This document shows, piece after piece, positions 25,259-38,009 of a DNA stretch of 49,227 nucleotides; position 1 is the stretch's first letter; the number at the start of each line of letters is the position of its first letter. This DNA is from Welwitschia mirabilis (taxonomy: Eukaryota). The translations under genes were made by a program, and so were the position numbers. The DNA is taken from the NCBI GenBank assembly GCA_051453625.1, contig JBOZIK010000001.1, positions 27,937,854-27,987,080 on the forward strand. Direction: 5' to 3'. The notes below the pieces were generated by a model. The model did not search any database. It was given only the letters and a program-made list of their open reading frames with translations, and was not told the DNA's origin.

Positions 25259-27929
25259 ATGATAAATTTGGAGAAGAAATATCTCAGAGAAAAAAAGGTG
25301 ATAGAATAGAATCTCAAAGAAGGACTAGTAAACATAGAGTTAGAAGAACAATCTCCAAGTACACTCAATCCTCCTTCTGAATTTATTTTTTCTGAATCTG
25401 ATTTTTTTAACAAAAAACCTATAGAAGGAGAAGATCAGCCTACAATGTTAAGTTCTTCCCAAAAATAAAAACAAGTTATAGGATCTTCTACCCCTAATGC
25501 CAACTTTACCCTTAAATAACTATTAGCCAATAAAAATAAAGAAATACAAACACCATTTAACATACCTTTGGAAATAATGTAGAACTTAAAGATTTACATG
25601 TTATCTAACTTTTAGTGAAGAAGAGGATGATGACCCCATTCAATACATTGGAGACGTTAAGAAACTTATCCTTACCTTAGAAAATGGAAAGAAAGAAATT
25701 ATAGATAGAATCTACATGGTGATCTTTCTCATGACTTTAAAAGGTAGGGCAAAACTTTGGCTTAAAACATCACCCCACAAAATCCTCAAAACATGGGATC
25801 AAATTCTGGAAAATTTTATAAAAAGATTCATGAATGAAGAAATTGTAAGGAAAATAAAAAGGGAGATAACAAATTTTTAACAAAATCCAAATGAAAACTA
25901 TGCCTCCACATATGAACGTTTCTTTGTCACAATCCACTATAACCTAGTAGATACTTTTTCAAAGGTAGAACAATAAAACTACTTTTATAGTGGATTAACT
26001 CCTTACACAAAATAACTTATAGGCTTTTCTTATAGAGGAAACCTTTTGAACCTTACCTTAGATGATGCTTAGACAAAACTAGAAGAAATTGTGGAGGTGA
26101 GTAAAACTTGGTCAACTTAAAGAAAATCAAATGATAGGCTAACTTATTAAGGGATTAAAACAAGTGAAGTAAAAAGAGGTAGAAGATAACCTTACAAATC
26201 CTATCAGGGAATTTATAATAACCTTAGAAAAATACACAAAAATGATTTTAGATGCTAAAAATGCCATCGAGAGAAATGTTGTGCAAACATGTGATTTATG
26301 TGAGGACAACTATCATGTTACTAAAAATTATCCTCTTTTACCAACTTACAAAGAAAGAAACTGAGAGAAAGTTTTTGCTTTTAATCAACCATCTCAAAAC
26401 TTCCAAAACTAAAACCAAGCACAATATAGGTTGAACCCTTATTTCCAAAATCATCAACCTTTTAGAAACCAAAAAAAATATTACCAACCAAGTTCATCTA
26501 ACTTTCAATTTCAAATGATTAAATTACAAACTCTATATATAAGATGAGAAAAACACAAGAGGAAACAAATGCTAAAATAGATAACTTGGTTAGTGTACTT
26601 CAATAAACTTTATTGCCAAATCAAAGAGCTCTGACAAGAAGTAAGAAAAAAACAAACCCTCATCCATGTAAATCCTTCACATCCCAAAACAATTAAGAGG
26701 AAGAAGAAGATGACATTAAAATTTTAGATGATTACCACTTCCCTTCCCTTGGTAAGAAGAAAAAGAAAAATCCAACTACCCTTTAGCTTAATAGGATTAA
26801 CAACAACTCAACTTTTAATGATCATTTAAAATCCTTAATGAAAATGTGAGCATAAGTCTTTATTTTTGGAATGTTTTACAAGAGAATTTAGGGTATGCAA
26901 AACTGTGAAAATACTTGATAAGAAGAAAACAAAAACGAGTCATTCCTAGTAAGGTCCTTCTTATCCAATACCTCATGAACCTAGTAATGCAAAAATCACT
27001 AAAATTTAAAGATTTAGAAGTAGCAATAGTGAATGTTACATTAGATGGAAACAAAAAAAAAAAAGAAAATCTTTGATTGATATGGGAGTGAGTGTTAGTA
27101 TTATGCCACTTTATATTTGTAAGAGGTTTGATTTAGAAAATAGAATAGAGCCTATCTTGATTGTCTTAGAATTAGCAGATACATAAATTAAGAAACCGTT
27201 AGATGTCATTAAAGATTTGAAAATTAAAATAGAAGATGCTTGCTACCCCATTGATGTGATTATTATGAAAGTTAAGAATGATAGAGGATATCCTTTACTT
27301 CTAGGTAGAGCCTTTTATGCAACAACTAACTGCATCATTGATACAAGAAAAGGAACACTGAAATGTCATTTAGGCAATAGAACTTTTATAATTAGAGTTT
27401 TTGATGCAGCTGAAAAAGATTTAGGTGATGATGATATGAACATTGATGAGAATGTCAAACTTACTTTATTTGTATGACATCATCTAGAAAGAGAAATGTA
27501 ACCAAGTAAACATGTTCTTTGTGATGATCAACTTGAGAAAGAGAAAGAAAAGAAACCTTATAAGTTTAAGGAAGTCTAACTTATCAAGAAAATCATAAGG
27601 GAGATTATCCATTTCATAAGCTAAAAAGTAAAAATCATAACATGAATTTGAAAAAGACAAATGTTTCCAATGGGCATAAAGGTAATTTTCTTTGTAATGT
27701 TCCTTTTGCATTTTATAAAAATCTATCATCCAAATTACCTTTTCTCTTCCCTTTGAATTTCAAAATCTATACTTTAATATGGTGTCATAAAGTGCTCTCC
27801 ATTACTCCTCTCTTTATCCAATTGATTTTACTAGGAAATAATTACACATCTCTTATGTTCTATCAATTGGTAAATTTCTAGTTTAGGCCATACTTCTCTA
27901 AAAAACTTAAGACCACTATAGATCCTTGA
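25259..27929 (+). pseudogene. Gag-protease-tail polyprotein remnant of E
   Basis: TLKGRAKLWL, LIDMGVSVSIMP, YPIDVIIMKVKNDRGYPLLLGRAF, then the tail ...NNYTSLMFYQLVNF. No RT follows. Confidence 0.85.
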
Positions 27930-28572
27930 TTTTTCCCTTCTTTCTTTTTAATGAAGGTGTGTTTTTGACTTTAGATTTGAATAAAATTTTGCTTACTCTA
28001 TTGTTTTCTTTTTATTTTTCAGTTTTTAGCATCTCTATTTTTATTTTTTAATTTCTATTTTTGTTTTTGTTGCAGTATTACCTTCTATTTCTATAAAAAT
28101 AAATGGTCATCTCCTCTGTCATTCCCATGACAAGGTGGATGACGATCCCTTTTTATTATTTTTTTGTTTTTGTTGATCTTTCTATGTTCTATTTCTTTTT
28201 ATGCCATCCTCTATATCGATAGTAATAAAAATACTGATTTTTGTTTTTTATTATTTGGGAAAATACATTTTTATGGCTTTATTAAGGTTTTTGACTTGAC
28301 TAATTGAGAATTATAGGAAGCAAATGGGTAAAACTTGGAATTTCATGAGCAAATCTTCTGAATTTTCTCTTATCCTTTTCCTTTAAAAGATTATTTGGCA
28401 TTACTTAATCATCTTTCAAACTTGACTTATGTATTTATTTCCATAACTAGTCTTTTAACTTGGGCATATTAGNNNNNNNNNNNNNNNNNNNNNNNNNNNN
28501 NNNNNNNNNNNNNNNNNNNNNNNNNNNNNNNNNNNNNNNNNNNNNNNNNNNNNNNNNNNNNNNNNNNNNNNN

Positions 28573-28797
28573 GATTAAAGCTTTCAGATGTTTAACAAAG
28601 ATAGGATTTGTAATTAACTGATCAAGTCAAGGAGTAAATGGTTTCTTTTCTTTATTTTCTTATGAAGTATTTTTAGTGGAGGCTTTAGTGGATGATTTTG
28701 ATAAAAGGTTGTATGAAACTAAAATTTCTACATCATCTTCCTCATTTATTTTATTATTTTTATAAGTTAAACCCTCATATGTAAGAGGTGTTATATC
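28573..28797 (-). pseudogene. Fragment of a second A-family gag in minus orientation, interrupted by the F LTR
   Basis: Colinear with A at about 21310-21530 (CTTTCAG.TGTTTAA.AAA; GAGGC.TTAGT.GATGAT.TTGAT). Confidence 0.75.
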
Positions 28798-29859
28798 TAT
28801 TCCACTACCAATTTATGATTATTTGATGGGTTTTATGAGTTGTTTTACAGGACTTTTCTATAGGTTTTAGTGCAAATCTGAGGATTTTAGAGTTGCAAGA
28901 GGAAATCTCAGAAACGTGAATGTATTATCCAAATTTAATGCATTTAAAGCACTTTCCAGTGAATAGATCTCTTTATGACAAAATAGCTAAGTTTCTCCTC
29001 AAGAAAGACATTAAATAAGACCATCGTCCTCTCAATCATCCACATGATAGGTAGGAAGATGATCTTGATATGGACTATTAAGTCATCGCTTTTGGAGATA
29101 TTTTGTAATATATCCTCATCCCCACTGTCATCTGGAAGATAGCTCGGATGACAATGACATGTAAGTATCACTGATAGATTCTCTTAGCTATTTTGTCTAT
29201 TTTTGAGTGCCTAATGAGTGTGCATAACTGCACCTTCTATTTGTCCATTTCTATTGTATTTCCTATAAATAAGATTCTTCTTCTACTCTCCTTTCCATCT
29301 TCAATGAACCAGATATTCTTATGATAGAAGAGAAAAGGGTGGGAGATCCATCTTTATGAGTTACAGAAAGATGAGCACTTGGTAGAGTGTTATTACTTCT
29401 ATTGAGGCCTAGCTATTTTATAACCCGGATGAACATTTTTCTTTTAATATAAATTTTTGTCTTATTTATATTTGCATTGTAGATATTCTTGTAACCCTTA
29501 TAATTTAATGTTGCCAAAGATCTAGTGACAATTTCTTAGGTAATGTAGATTATTAAGGGCATCTCTTATTAGGGCTGAAAGGCAAGTGAAGTTAAGGCAT
29601 TTACATTGCATGTTAGATTAGATTACATCTTGCACCTTGTATGTTAGTTTTATTTACTTGCATTATTATTTATCATTTCTAATTCAAGAATTATTTTGCC
29701 AAAGAAACTTGAGTATTCTTTATGAATACACTTCAATGAGATACGACATTTGGATCACTCCCATTATTCTAGCATGTTGTATTACGCATAAAATCTATTT
29801 TAATTATTAATGATGAAATTTATTTGAATGTAAAGCATGCGGAACTACATACTACAATA
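28798..29859 (+). repeat. 5' LTR of element F
   Basis: Starts TATTCCACTACCAATTTATG (TG>TA) and ends CTACAATA. PBS TGGTGCCATTGCTGAAGA at 29863-29880. Confidence 0.87.
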
Positions 29860-30342
29860 AATTGGTGCCATTGCTGAAGAAGGCTATCAAAGGAGTACAA
29901 AGGTTATCATCATTCAGATAAGTATTCTAGTTATTTGTGTGTTTGGCATTCTAAGTTTATTAGGAATTTACGGATTTTCGTAGTGTTTTCTGTATGCTAT
30001 AGTTTCTACTTTTTAGATTTTTGTTTTCTATTATAAAAAGTATGGTCATCTCCACTGTTGTTCCCACAACAAATGATATGATAATGATTTTTAATTTTTA
30101 GTTTATTTTTTATTTTTTCTATAATAAATTAACCTCTATCATCTCTTTAGATGTCCGAATGATGATCTAGATGATAGACTTTTTTCTATGTTTTCTGCAT
30201 TCTATTTGCATTTCAGTTCTACTTTTGTTTTTCTATTTTCTGAGTTACATCATCTCTTCTATCATCTGGACGATAGATAAAACAATAATATATCATTTTC
30301 TGATCCATTTTCTATTGTTTTCTATTTGTAGGATGTTATGAT

Positions 30343-33070
30343 AGGGTAAATCCAAAGAAGAAATACCTCAGAGAAAAGAAACTAATAGAACATAATCACA
30401 AAGAAGGACTAGCAATCTTAGAAAAAGAGATGGAAGAACAATCTCCAAGTGCATTCAATCCTTCTTCTGAATTTATTTTTTCTGAATTTAATTCCTTTAA
30501 CAAAAAACCTATAGAAGAAGAAGACTAACCTACAATGTCAAGTGCTTCTTGAAAATAAAAACAAGTCATAGGATCTTCTATCCCTAATGCAAACCTCACC
30601 CATAAAGAACTATTAGCCAACAAAAATAGAGATATTCAAAATCTATTTGACCTACCTTCAGGGGATGATGTAAAGCTTAAGAATAAACATGCTTATCCAA
30701 CCTTTAGTGGAGAAGACAATGAGGATCCCATTTAACATATTGCAGATATTGAACAACTTATCCTCACCTCAATAAATGGGAAGAAAAGAATAACAAATAG
30801 AATATACATGATGATATTTCCCATAACTTTAAAAGGTAAGGCCAAATTATGGCTAAGAACATTACCTCACAAAAGCCTCAAAACATGGGAGCAAGTCTAG
30901 AAAACCTTTATAGAAAGATTCATGAGCAAAAAAACTATAAGAAAAAGAAAGATAAAGGTAGAAAATTTTTAACAAAATCCAACTGAAGACTATTCCTTCA
31001 CATATGAGCATTTCTTTATTACAATCCACTCTAATCCACTATATGCTTTTTTAAAAGAAGACCAGCTTAACTACTTTTGTAGTGGATTGATTCCATACAC
31101 AAAAAAATTATAGATTTTTCTTGTGGAGGAAACCTTTTAAACCTTACCTTAAATGAAGCTTGAAAAAAATTAGAATAAATTGTGAAGGTTAACAAAACTT
31201 TATTAACACCAGAAGAAAATCAAATGGTAGATCAACTTATCAAAGGGTTAAAGCAAGTGAAGTAAAAAGAGGTAGAAGTCAATCCTATGAATCTTATAAG
31301 GGAATTTACAAAAACTTTAGAGAAGTATAGAGAAATAATTTTGGATGCCAAAAATGCCAATGAGAGAAATGTTGTGCAATCTTGTGATTTATGTGAGGAT
31401 AACTATGATGTTATCAAAATTTGTCCTCTTTTACCAACCTATAAAGAGAGAATCTAAAAGAAAGTTCTTATTTTTAATAAATCATCTTGAAACTTCCAAA
31501 ACCAAAACCAAGCACAACATAGGTTAAACCCTTATTTCTAAAACAATCATCAACCTTTTAGAAACTAAAACACTTATTACCAACCAAGTTTATCTAACTT
31601 TTAATAGCCAAATGATCCTTTTGTAGACTCTATAGATGAAATGAGAAAAACACAAGAGGCAACGAATGCTAAAATAGATAACTTGGTTAGTATCCTTCGA
31701 TAAACTTTTTTGGTAAACCAATAATCTCAAAGAGCTTTAACCGCACAACCTTTATCCAACCCAAATAAGGTAAGAATGAATTATAAGGTTGTAACAAGAA
31801 GTGACCAAGAAACAAACCTCCTTCATGTGAATCATCCACCTCCCATAATAACGAAGAGGAAGAGGAAGATGATGTTGAAATTTTAGATGATTACCACTTT
31901 TCTTCCCTTGACAAGAAGAAGAAGAAAAATCTAACTACCTAATGGCTTGATAGGCTTAATAACAACTTAACTTTCAATGATCAATTAAAAGCTTTAATGA
32001 AAAATGTAAGCATAAGTCTTTCTTTTTGAAAAGTTTTACAAGCAAATTCAAGGTATGTAAAACTATGAAAAGATTAGATAAGAAGAAAACAAAAAAGAGT
32101 CATTTCTAGTAAGGTCTTTCTTACCCAATCCCTTACAAACTTAGTATTGCAAAAATCACCAAAATTTAAAGATCTAGAAGTAGCAGTAGTGAATGTTACA
32201 ATAGAGGGAAATAGAAAAATAAGGAAAGCATTAATTGACATTGGAGCAAGCGTGAATAGTATGTCAATTGACATTTGTAAGAGGCTTGTTTTAGAAGATA
32301 GAATAAAGCCTACCTCGGTTATCTTAGAATTATTTGATATATAAATCAAGAGACCATTATGCATCATTAAAAATTTGGCAATTCAAATAGAAGAGGCTTG
32401 CTACCCCATTGATGTGATTATCATGGAAGTTAATCATAATAGAGGATATCCTTTACTTCTAGATAGAACCTTTTGTGCAGCAGCCCACTACATCATTGAT
32501 ATGAGAAAATAAATAATGAAGTATAGAACTTTCATGATTAGGGTTTTTGATGCAGCTACGAAGGATATGGGTGATAATAAGGTAAACACTAAAAATAATG
32601 TCAAACCCACTTTATTTTTGCAACATCATCCACTTGAAAAAAGAGAGATGAAATCAAGTGAGCATGTGCTTTGTGATGATTAAGTTAAAACTAAATAAGA
32701 AAAGAAACACTGTGAAGTCCAACCTTAAAGAAAAATCATAAGAGATATTGTCCATTTCATATGCTAAAAAGTAAAATCATAAAATAAATTTGAGAAAGAA
32801 AAATATTTTAATAGGCATCAAGGTAATTTTCTTTGTGATATTCCTCTTTCATTTCATGAAACTATTTCATTCAAGTTACCTTTTCTCTTCCCATTAACTT
32901 TGAAAATCTATACTTTGATATGGCATCATAAAGTACTCTGCATTACTCCTCTCTTTATCCAATTGATTCTACTTGAAAATAATTGCACATCACTTATGTT
33001 TTACCAATTAGTAAATTTCTGGTTTGGATCTTTCTTCTCTAAAAATTTTTAGATCACAGAAAATCCTTGA
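30343..33070 (+). pseudogene. Gag-protease-tail polyprotein remnant of F
   Basis: PTFSGEDNEDPI*HIADIEQL, TLKGKAKLWL, CDLCEDNYDVIKICP, and KALIDIGASVNSM with the protease Asp intact, then the same tail. Confidence 0.87.
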
Positions 33071-34635
33071 TTTTATTTTCTTTTTTTAATAAAGTATGCT
33101 TTAGTTTTATGATTTAGTTTTCTTGCCTTAATTATTTTCTTTTTTGTTTTCTGTTTTTAGAGTCTCTATTTTTATTTTCTATTCTTTGTTTTATTTTTAT
33201 TTGTAGCTTCTATTTTCTATTTTTACAAAATTAATATGTCATCTCCTATGTCGTTCACACGACGAGGTGGATAACAATCATTTTTTTCTTTTTTTTCTTT
33301 GTTTTTGTTAATTTTCTATGTTCTACTTATTTTTCCTATGTGTGTTATCCTCTTTGTCATCTAGATGATGAGAAGGATGATAATTAATAAAAATTTATTT
33401 TTGCTTTTTATTATTATGAGAAAATACATTTTTATAGCTCTATTGAGATTTCCAACTTAACTACTTGAGAATTGTAGGAAGTGAATAAGAAAAAATTGGA
33501 ATTTAACAAGCAAACCATTTGAATTTCTCTTAGCTCTTTCCTTTAAAAAATTATTGTGGCATCACTTGATCATCTTTCAAACTTGACTTATGTATTTATT
33601 TCTATTACTAGTCTTTTTAACTTGGTCATTTTAGTGGTAAGATTGAATTCACCCAATTTTAGGACATTCACAAGTCCATGAACTTCAATTGAAGAAAGAT
33701 GCTTTATTTTTTATGCTTTTCTTAATGGTAAAAGGATCTTGGATTATTTATAAGTGATCTTTTCTATCCTAATTTGTTAATTGTTACCTTTAGTTTTTTG
33801 AAGTGATTGGTCATGTGGAATATTTTATTAAAAAAAGTGAATAAAAACCATGATGTTTTATATTTCTATCTCAAAAACATGGTCACCATGATGTCTTACC
33901 AAAAGTATAGTAGGGCAAATATTTCTAAGAGGAGCCTTTGGTAGTGTAATGTGGTAGCTATAAAAACTCCACTAGGAGGTTAATTAGCCATGCTTCGTGG
34001 GTCCTTACTTCTTTGACTATGGTTGCACTCCCCTCATATTGGGTAATAAAGTTGTTTTTTTAAAAAAAAACCTTGAGGCTATGGGATTAGTGGTATTCCT
34101 AGTGATATTAAAGACATTGCTTGTTTTCTAGACTCTTAGTCTTTCCACATGATCATTTCATGTCTTGAGATGTTGGTGTTTGTTTTAAAGATAATAGTAG
34201 GAGAGTTCATTTTTAAGTAATTATTTGATCTAATCATTCATTATTTAAAGCATTTTTATCTAGCATTGTCATAATTAATGCCTTATTGAATGGAATTTTT
34301 GTACATTAAGTCATGCATTTTTTTACATCAAGTGATGTTATGATTACTTTTATTAGAAATTGCTAGGTTAAAATATTAGAATGGTGAGTTATCTTTTGGT
34401 TCTGTATCTTATGCCCATTTGTATGGCTCATTTTTAAAATTTTTAAAGCTTTCATGACATAAAATTTTTAAATTTTTCTACACATTGTACATTACTTATC
34501 ATTTATCTATATGATGTGTTATATGATCTTGTCTTATGATTTCTAGATGTATCTTTTTGAAAAATAAATTGTCTCATAATTATAATTTTTCTGCCTATTT
34601 TTGTTAGGGACTGACAAAGGCTAAGTGGAGAGCTA

Positions 34636-35709
34636 TGTTACACTATAAATTTATAGTTATTTGATTGGTTTTATAAGTCGTTTTACAGGACTTTTATATA
34701 ATTTTAAGTGTAATTCTAAGGATTTTGGAGATACAAGAGGAAATCTTGGAAAATTACAGATATTGTCCAAATTTGACGCATTTAAGGCACTTACCAGAGA
34801 ATAGAGCTTTTTATGAAAAGACTGCTAAGTTTCTTCTCAAAAGGGCATTAAAGAAGACTATCACCCCTTACATCGTCTACGTGATAGGCAGGATGACAAA
34901 TGCCTAGGTGGACTACTGAGTCATAAGTTTTGAAATATTTTGTAATAATCTATCATCCACCTTGTCATCCAGATGATATTCTAGATAACACTGTCATGTA
35001 ACTATCACTGACAGATTCTCTTAGCTGTTTCATCCACTTCTAAGTGCTAAATAAGTGCATGTAACTATACCTTCTGTCTGTCCATTTTGGTTGTATTTCT
35101 TATAAAAAAAGACCCCCTCCTACTCTTCTTTCTTATCTTTGATGCACCAGAGATTCTCGTGACAGGAGAGCAAAGGGCAAGAGATCTATCTTGATAGTTA
35201 CAAAAAGATGATCACTTGGTAGAGGTTTGAGTATCTTCTATTAAGACCCGACTATTTTGTAATCTAGATATTATTATCACTTTAATATAAATCTTGGTTT
35301 TATTTTATGTTTTTATTTATTTGCATTGTAGAATTTCTTATGTCCCTTATAGTCTAATGTTGCCCAAAATCTGATGACAATTTCTTAGGTGATATAGATT
35401 ATCAAAGGTAGCTCTCATTAGGGCTAAAAAGCAAATAGGATTAAGATTTATTTCAATTACATGTTAGTTAAAATTGCATTTTGCACTTTGTATGGTAGTT
35501 TATTTTTTTGCATTATTATTCATTATTTCCAGTTCCAAGATTTAGTTGCAAAAGTAATTTGAGTCTCTTTACGGATAGACTTCAATGAGATACAATATTC
35601 CAGGTCACTCTCATTATTATAGAGTGTTGTATTATGCATAACATCTATTTTAATTATTAATAATAAAATCTGTTTAAATGTAAAGTATGCATAAATACAC
35701 AATGCAACA
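34636..35709 (+). repeat. 3' LTR of element E
   Basis: PPT AAGTGGAGAG at 34623-34632; TG...CA termini (TGTTACAC...TGCAACA); followed by the TSD. Confidence 0.9.
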
Positions 35710-36171
35710 TAGAGACAACAGGAAGGATAATGATCATAGTAAAAGAAATGAAAAACTACAAAAATTCACTAATAGAAAAAACTAGAGTATCATTAAGATT
35801 GTCATGGGAATAATAAATAAAACAATAATTTATTTAAACTTTTTGAAAAAGAATATTACAAAAAGAAGAAATGTAACAGGACTATCATCCTACTTGTTGT
35901 GGAGATAACAAAGCCAATGATAGTTTTAATTCTAAAAAAAATAAAAATAAAATTGCGACTGAAATTTTAGAATTTTCATGCCCAATGTCATTGGGATGAT
36001 AGAGAGAATGAAAGGATCTCTAAGAAAAATTATGTAAAAATAAAATTACACAAAAATAAACATCCTTTAAACTATACTAAAAGTACAACATTAATTCAAA
36101 TATGTAATCTAAAAAAAAGGATTTAAGATACTTATCTAGTTAATGACATTTCTTTTAGATCCTTACCGCCT

Positions 36172-36189
36172 TCCCTGGCAATGATACCA
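36172..36189 (-). promoter_or_regulatory. Primer-binding site (tRNA-Asp type) of A
   Basis: The reverse complement TGGTATCATTGCCAGGGA lies 3 nt after the LTR end CCACAACA. Confidence 0.85.
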
Positions 36190-36192
36190 AAA

Positions 36193-37443
36193 TGTTGTGG
36201 TGTGAATTTATGCAATTTTGAGGTTTTTTAGATGAACCTATAAATCAAATAACTTGCAAAAAATACATACTATATAGATGGGAGTTCCCTTAAATGTGTA
36301 ATCCCAATTAAGGCACTAGGCTAAGAGTTAAATAATTGAATTTCAATATGTTTTTAATCTTTTATATTATAAAAACTGGAAGGAAATAAATAATTAAATG
36401 TAATGCAAGTAAATGAAAATGAAATACAAGCAGAAATAAAATGAACTCTCTTGGTTTCTAATCCTTCTGTTATAAGGACTAGCTTCTCTATAATTTAGAT
36501 CAATTAAGAATATTATTTACTAGTTCTTAACCAACATAAAATATGAGATCTAAAAAGTAGAATATGAAATGAAATGTGAAAAGAAATGGAAAAGCTTTGA
36601 AAATCTAATAATAAACAAGATCAACCTTAACAAAAGTTGCCCTTATGATTTAGATAAATCACAAAGTTGTTATAATAAACTATGATCAATATACACCATA
36701 AGGAACATATGAAATGAAAATAAAATAAAAATTGTATTGATTTAAAAATATATTTGAATTAACTCAAGATCTTTACATCCACTTACAAATATAATAACAA
36801 CACCTCAATGAAAGAGACTCAGTCTAATACTAAGGGAACTCCTTTCTATAGCTCTAAATTAATATCTTTCCCTTCAATCTTCCATTGAAAGAATATTAGA
36901 TATAAAAGATGGAAATAAAAATAAAAGAGGGGAAGAGTATTTATAGTTTTACATTAAAGTTTTAGAACCTAAACCCTAGAAGTTAGAAAAGAAACCCTAA
37001 TAGCCCACATGAGTTGCTTGACCCCATTACAAAGATATTTCTTTCTGACTATACAAAAATAGCTCTCATCACAACTGTTGTTAGGATGACATGGGGTACA
37101 TCATCATATATCAAATATCTTCATGCATCACTATCAGCCTTGTAGCTTCTATCCATATTAGTAGTGTCATCATCCTACATGTTGTGAAGATGACATAAGA
37201 AACGACAATCTTCCTTATCTTCATTCTTAAAGGTAAATCAATCTTTTACATCATGAAGCATTCTTCTAAATATATAGTATTAGAATAAGCCTAAGAAACT
37301 ACCAAATATGCTAATAATCACATGTTTTACTAATCATCCTATCAGATCTCCATATTCATCAGTATTGCATCCAAACCTGTGTAAATTTCTTGAAAAAGTA
37401 CTTAAAATAAACCATCAAATTTCTACAAATTTGAATCACAATA
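36193..37443 (-). repeat. 5' LTR of element A (~1.25 kb)
   Basis: The reverse complement starts TATTGTGATTCAAATTTGTAGAAATTTGATGG, ends CCACAACA, and is homologous to the B and D LTRs. Confidence 0.88.
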
Positions 37444-38008
37444 GAATTTCATAATTTTGATTTTGAATCTTTCTTATTTGATGATATAAATTTGTACTTC
37501 ATCAAAATAACCTAATCTTTAATAAGACTCAATGTATTTAAGCATCAAATAAACTTGAAGTAAAAGCCTGAAACATGATCAAGTTAATTCTCTTAAGCTA
37601 CTAATACATCAATTATTATTGAAGCTTATTGAAGTAAAAATGGAGCATATATCAATGTTTCAAACATGGAATTAAGCATCAAATATAAATGTAGCAAAAA
37701 TGGAGAAACTATAATGAATCTCTAATTTAGCAGAATTTTGTTCATCTCTTTAAGACGTATCAAGATTCCATATAATTTATTCCTATTTTCATGCTTTTAT
37801 ACTTGAAATGGATCACATTCCATTCCATCTTACCAATATGGGATAAATGCCTTTGCATTTTATATAAAAAGCATAACTTCTTAAAACCTATATTTTTCAA
37901 CCCAAAAAAAACCTATATAACTAATTAACATTAAGAAATACATGAAAAACATCATGTACAACATTACTATAGTTACATTAGACCACCTAATATGATAATC
38001 CCTCCTTT
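37444..38008 (-). repeat. PPT (about 37999-38008) and probable 3' LTR of the copia element; distal end uncertain
   Basis: On the minus strand, AAAGGAGGGA followed by T|TATCATA lies immediately after the RNase H end. No partner LTR is available to confirm the extent. Confidence 0.4.
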
Positions 38009-38009
38009 G

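Larger units (their letters stand above)
23653..35709 (+). mobile_element. Insertion block E (gag+protease-only element with nested F), inserted into the 5' leader of A
   Basis: Paired LTRs at 23653-24725 and 34636-35709 (1073 and 1074 bp). The TSD is TGGAG (23648-23652) / TAGAG (35710-35714). Confidence 0.85.
1..37443 (-). mobile_element. Element A: Athila-lineage Ty3/gypsy LTR retrotransposon, decayed, in three pieces (1-3710, 20032-23652, 35710-37443); 3' LTR lies outside the window
   Basis: Minus-strand domain order is LTR, PBS(Asp), gag, protease, RT, RNase H, integrase, long 3' UTR. There is no chromodomain and no extra RNase H. The pieces rejoin exactly across two TSD-flanked insertions. 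Confidence 0.9.

Noticed and set aside
25024..25309. Hydrophobic ORFs resembling membrane proteins
   Set aside because: They are translations of the (TTTTCTA)n repeat in the leader and are not conserved in F or G.
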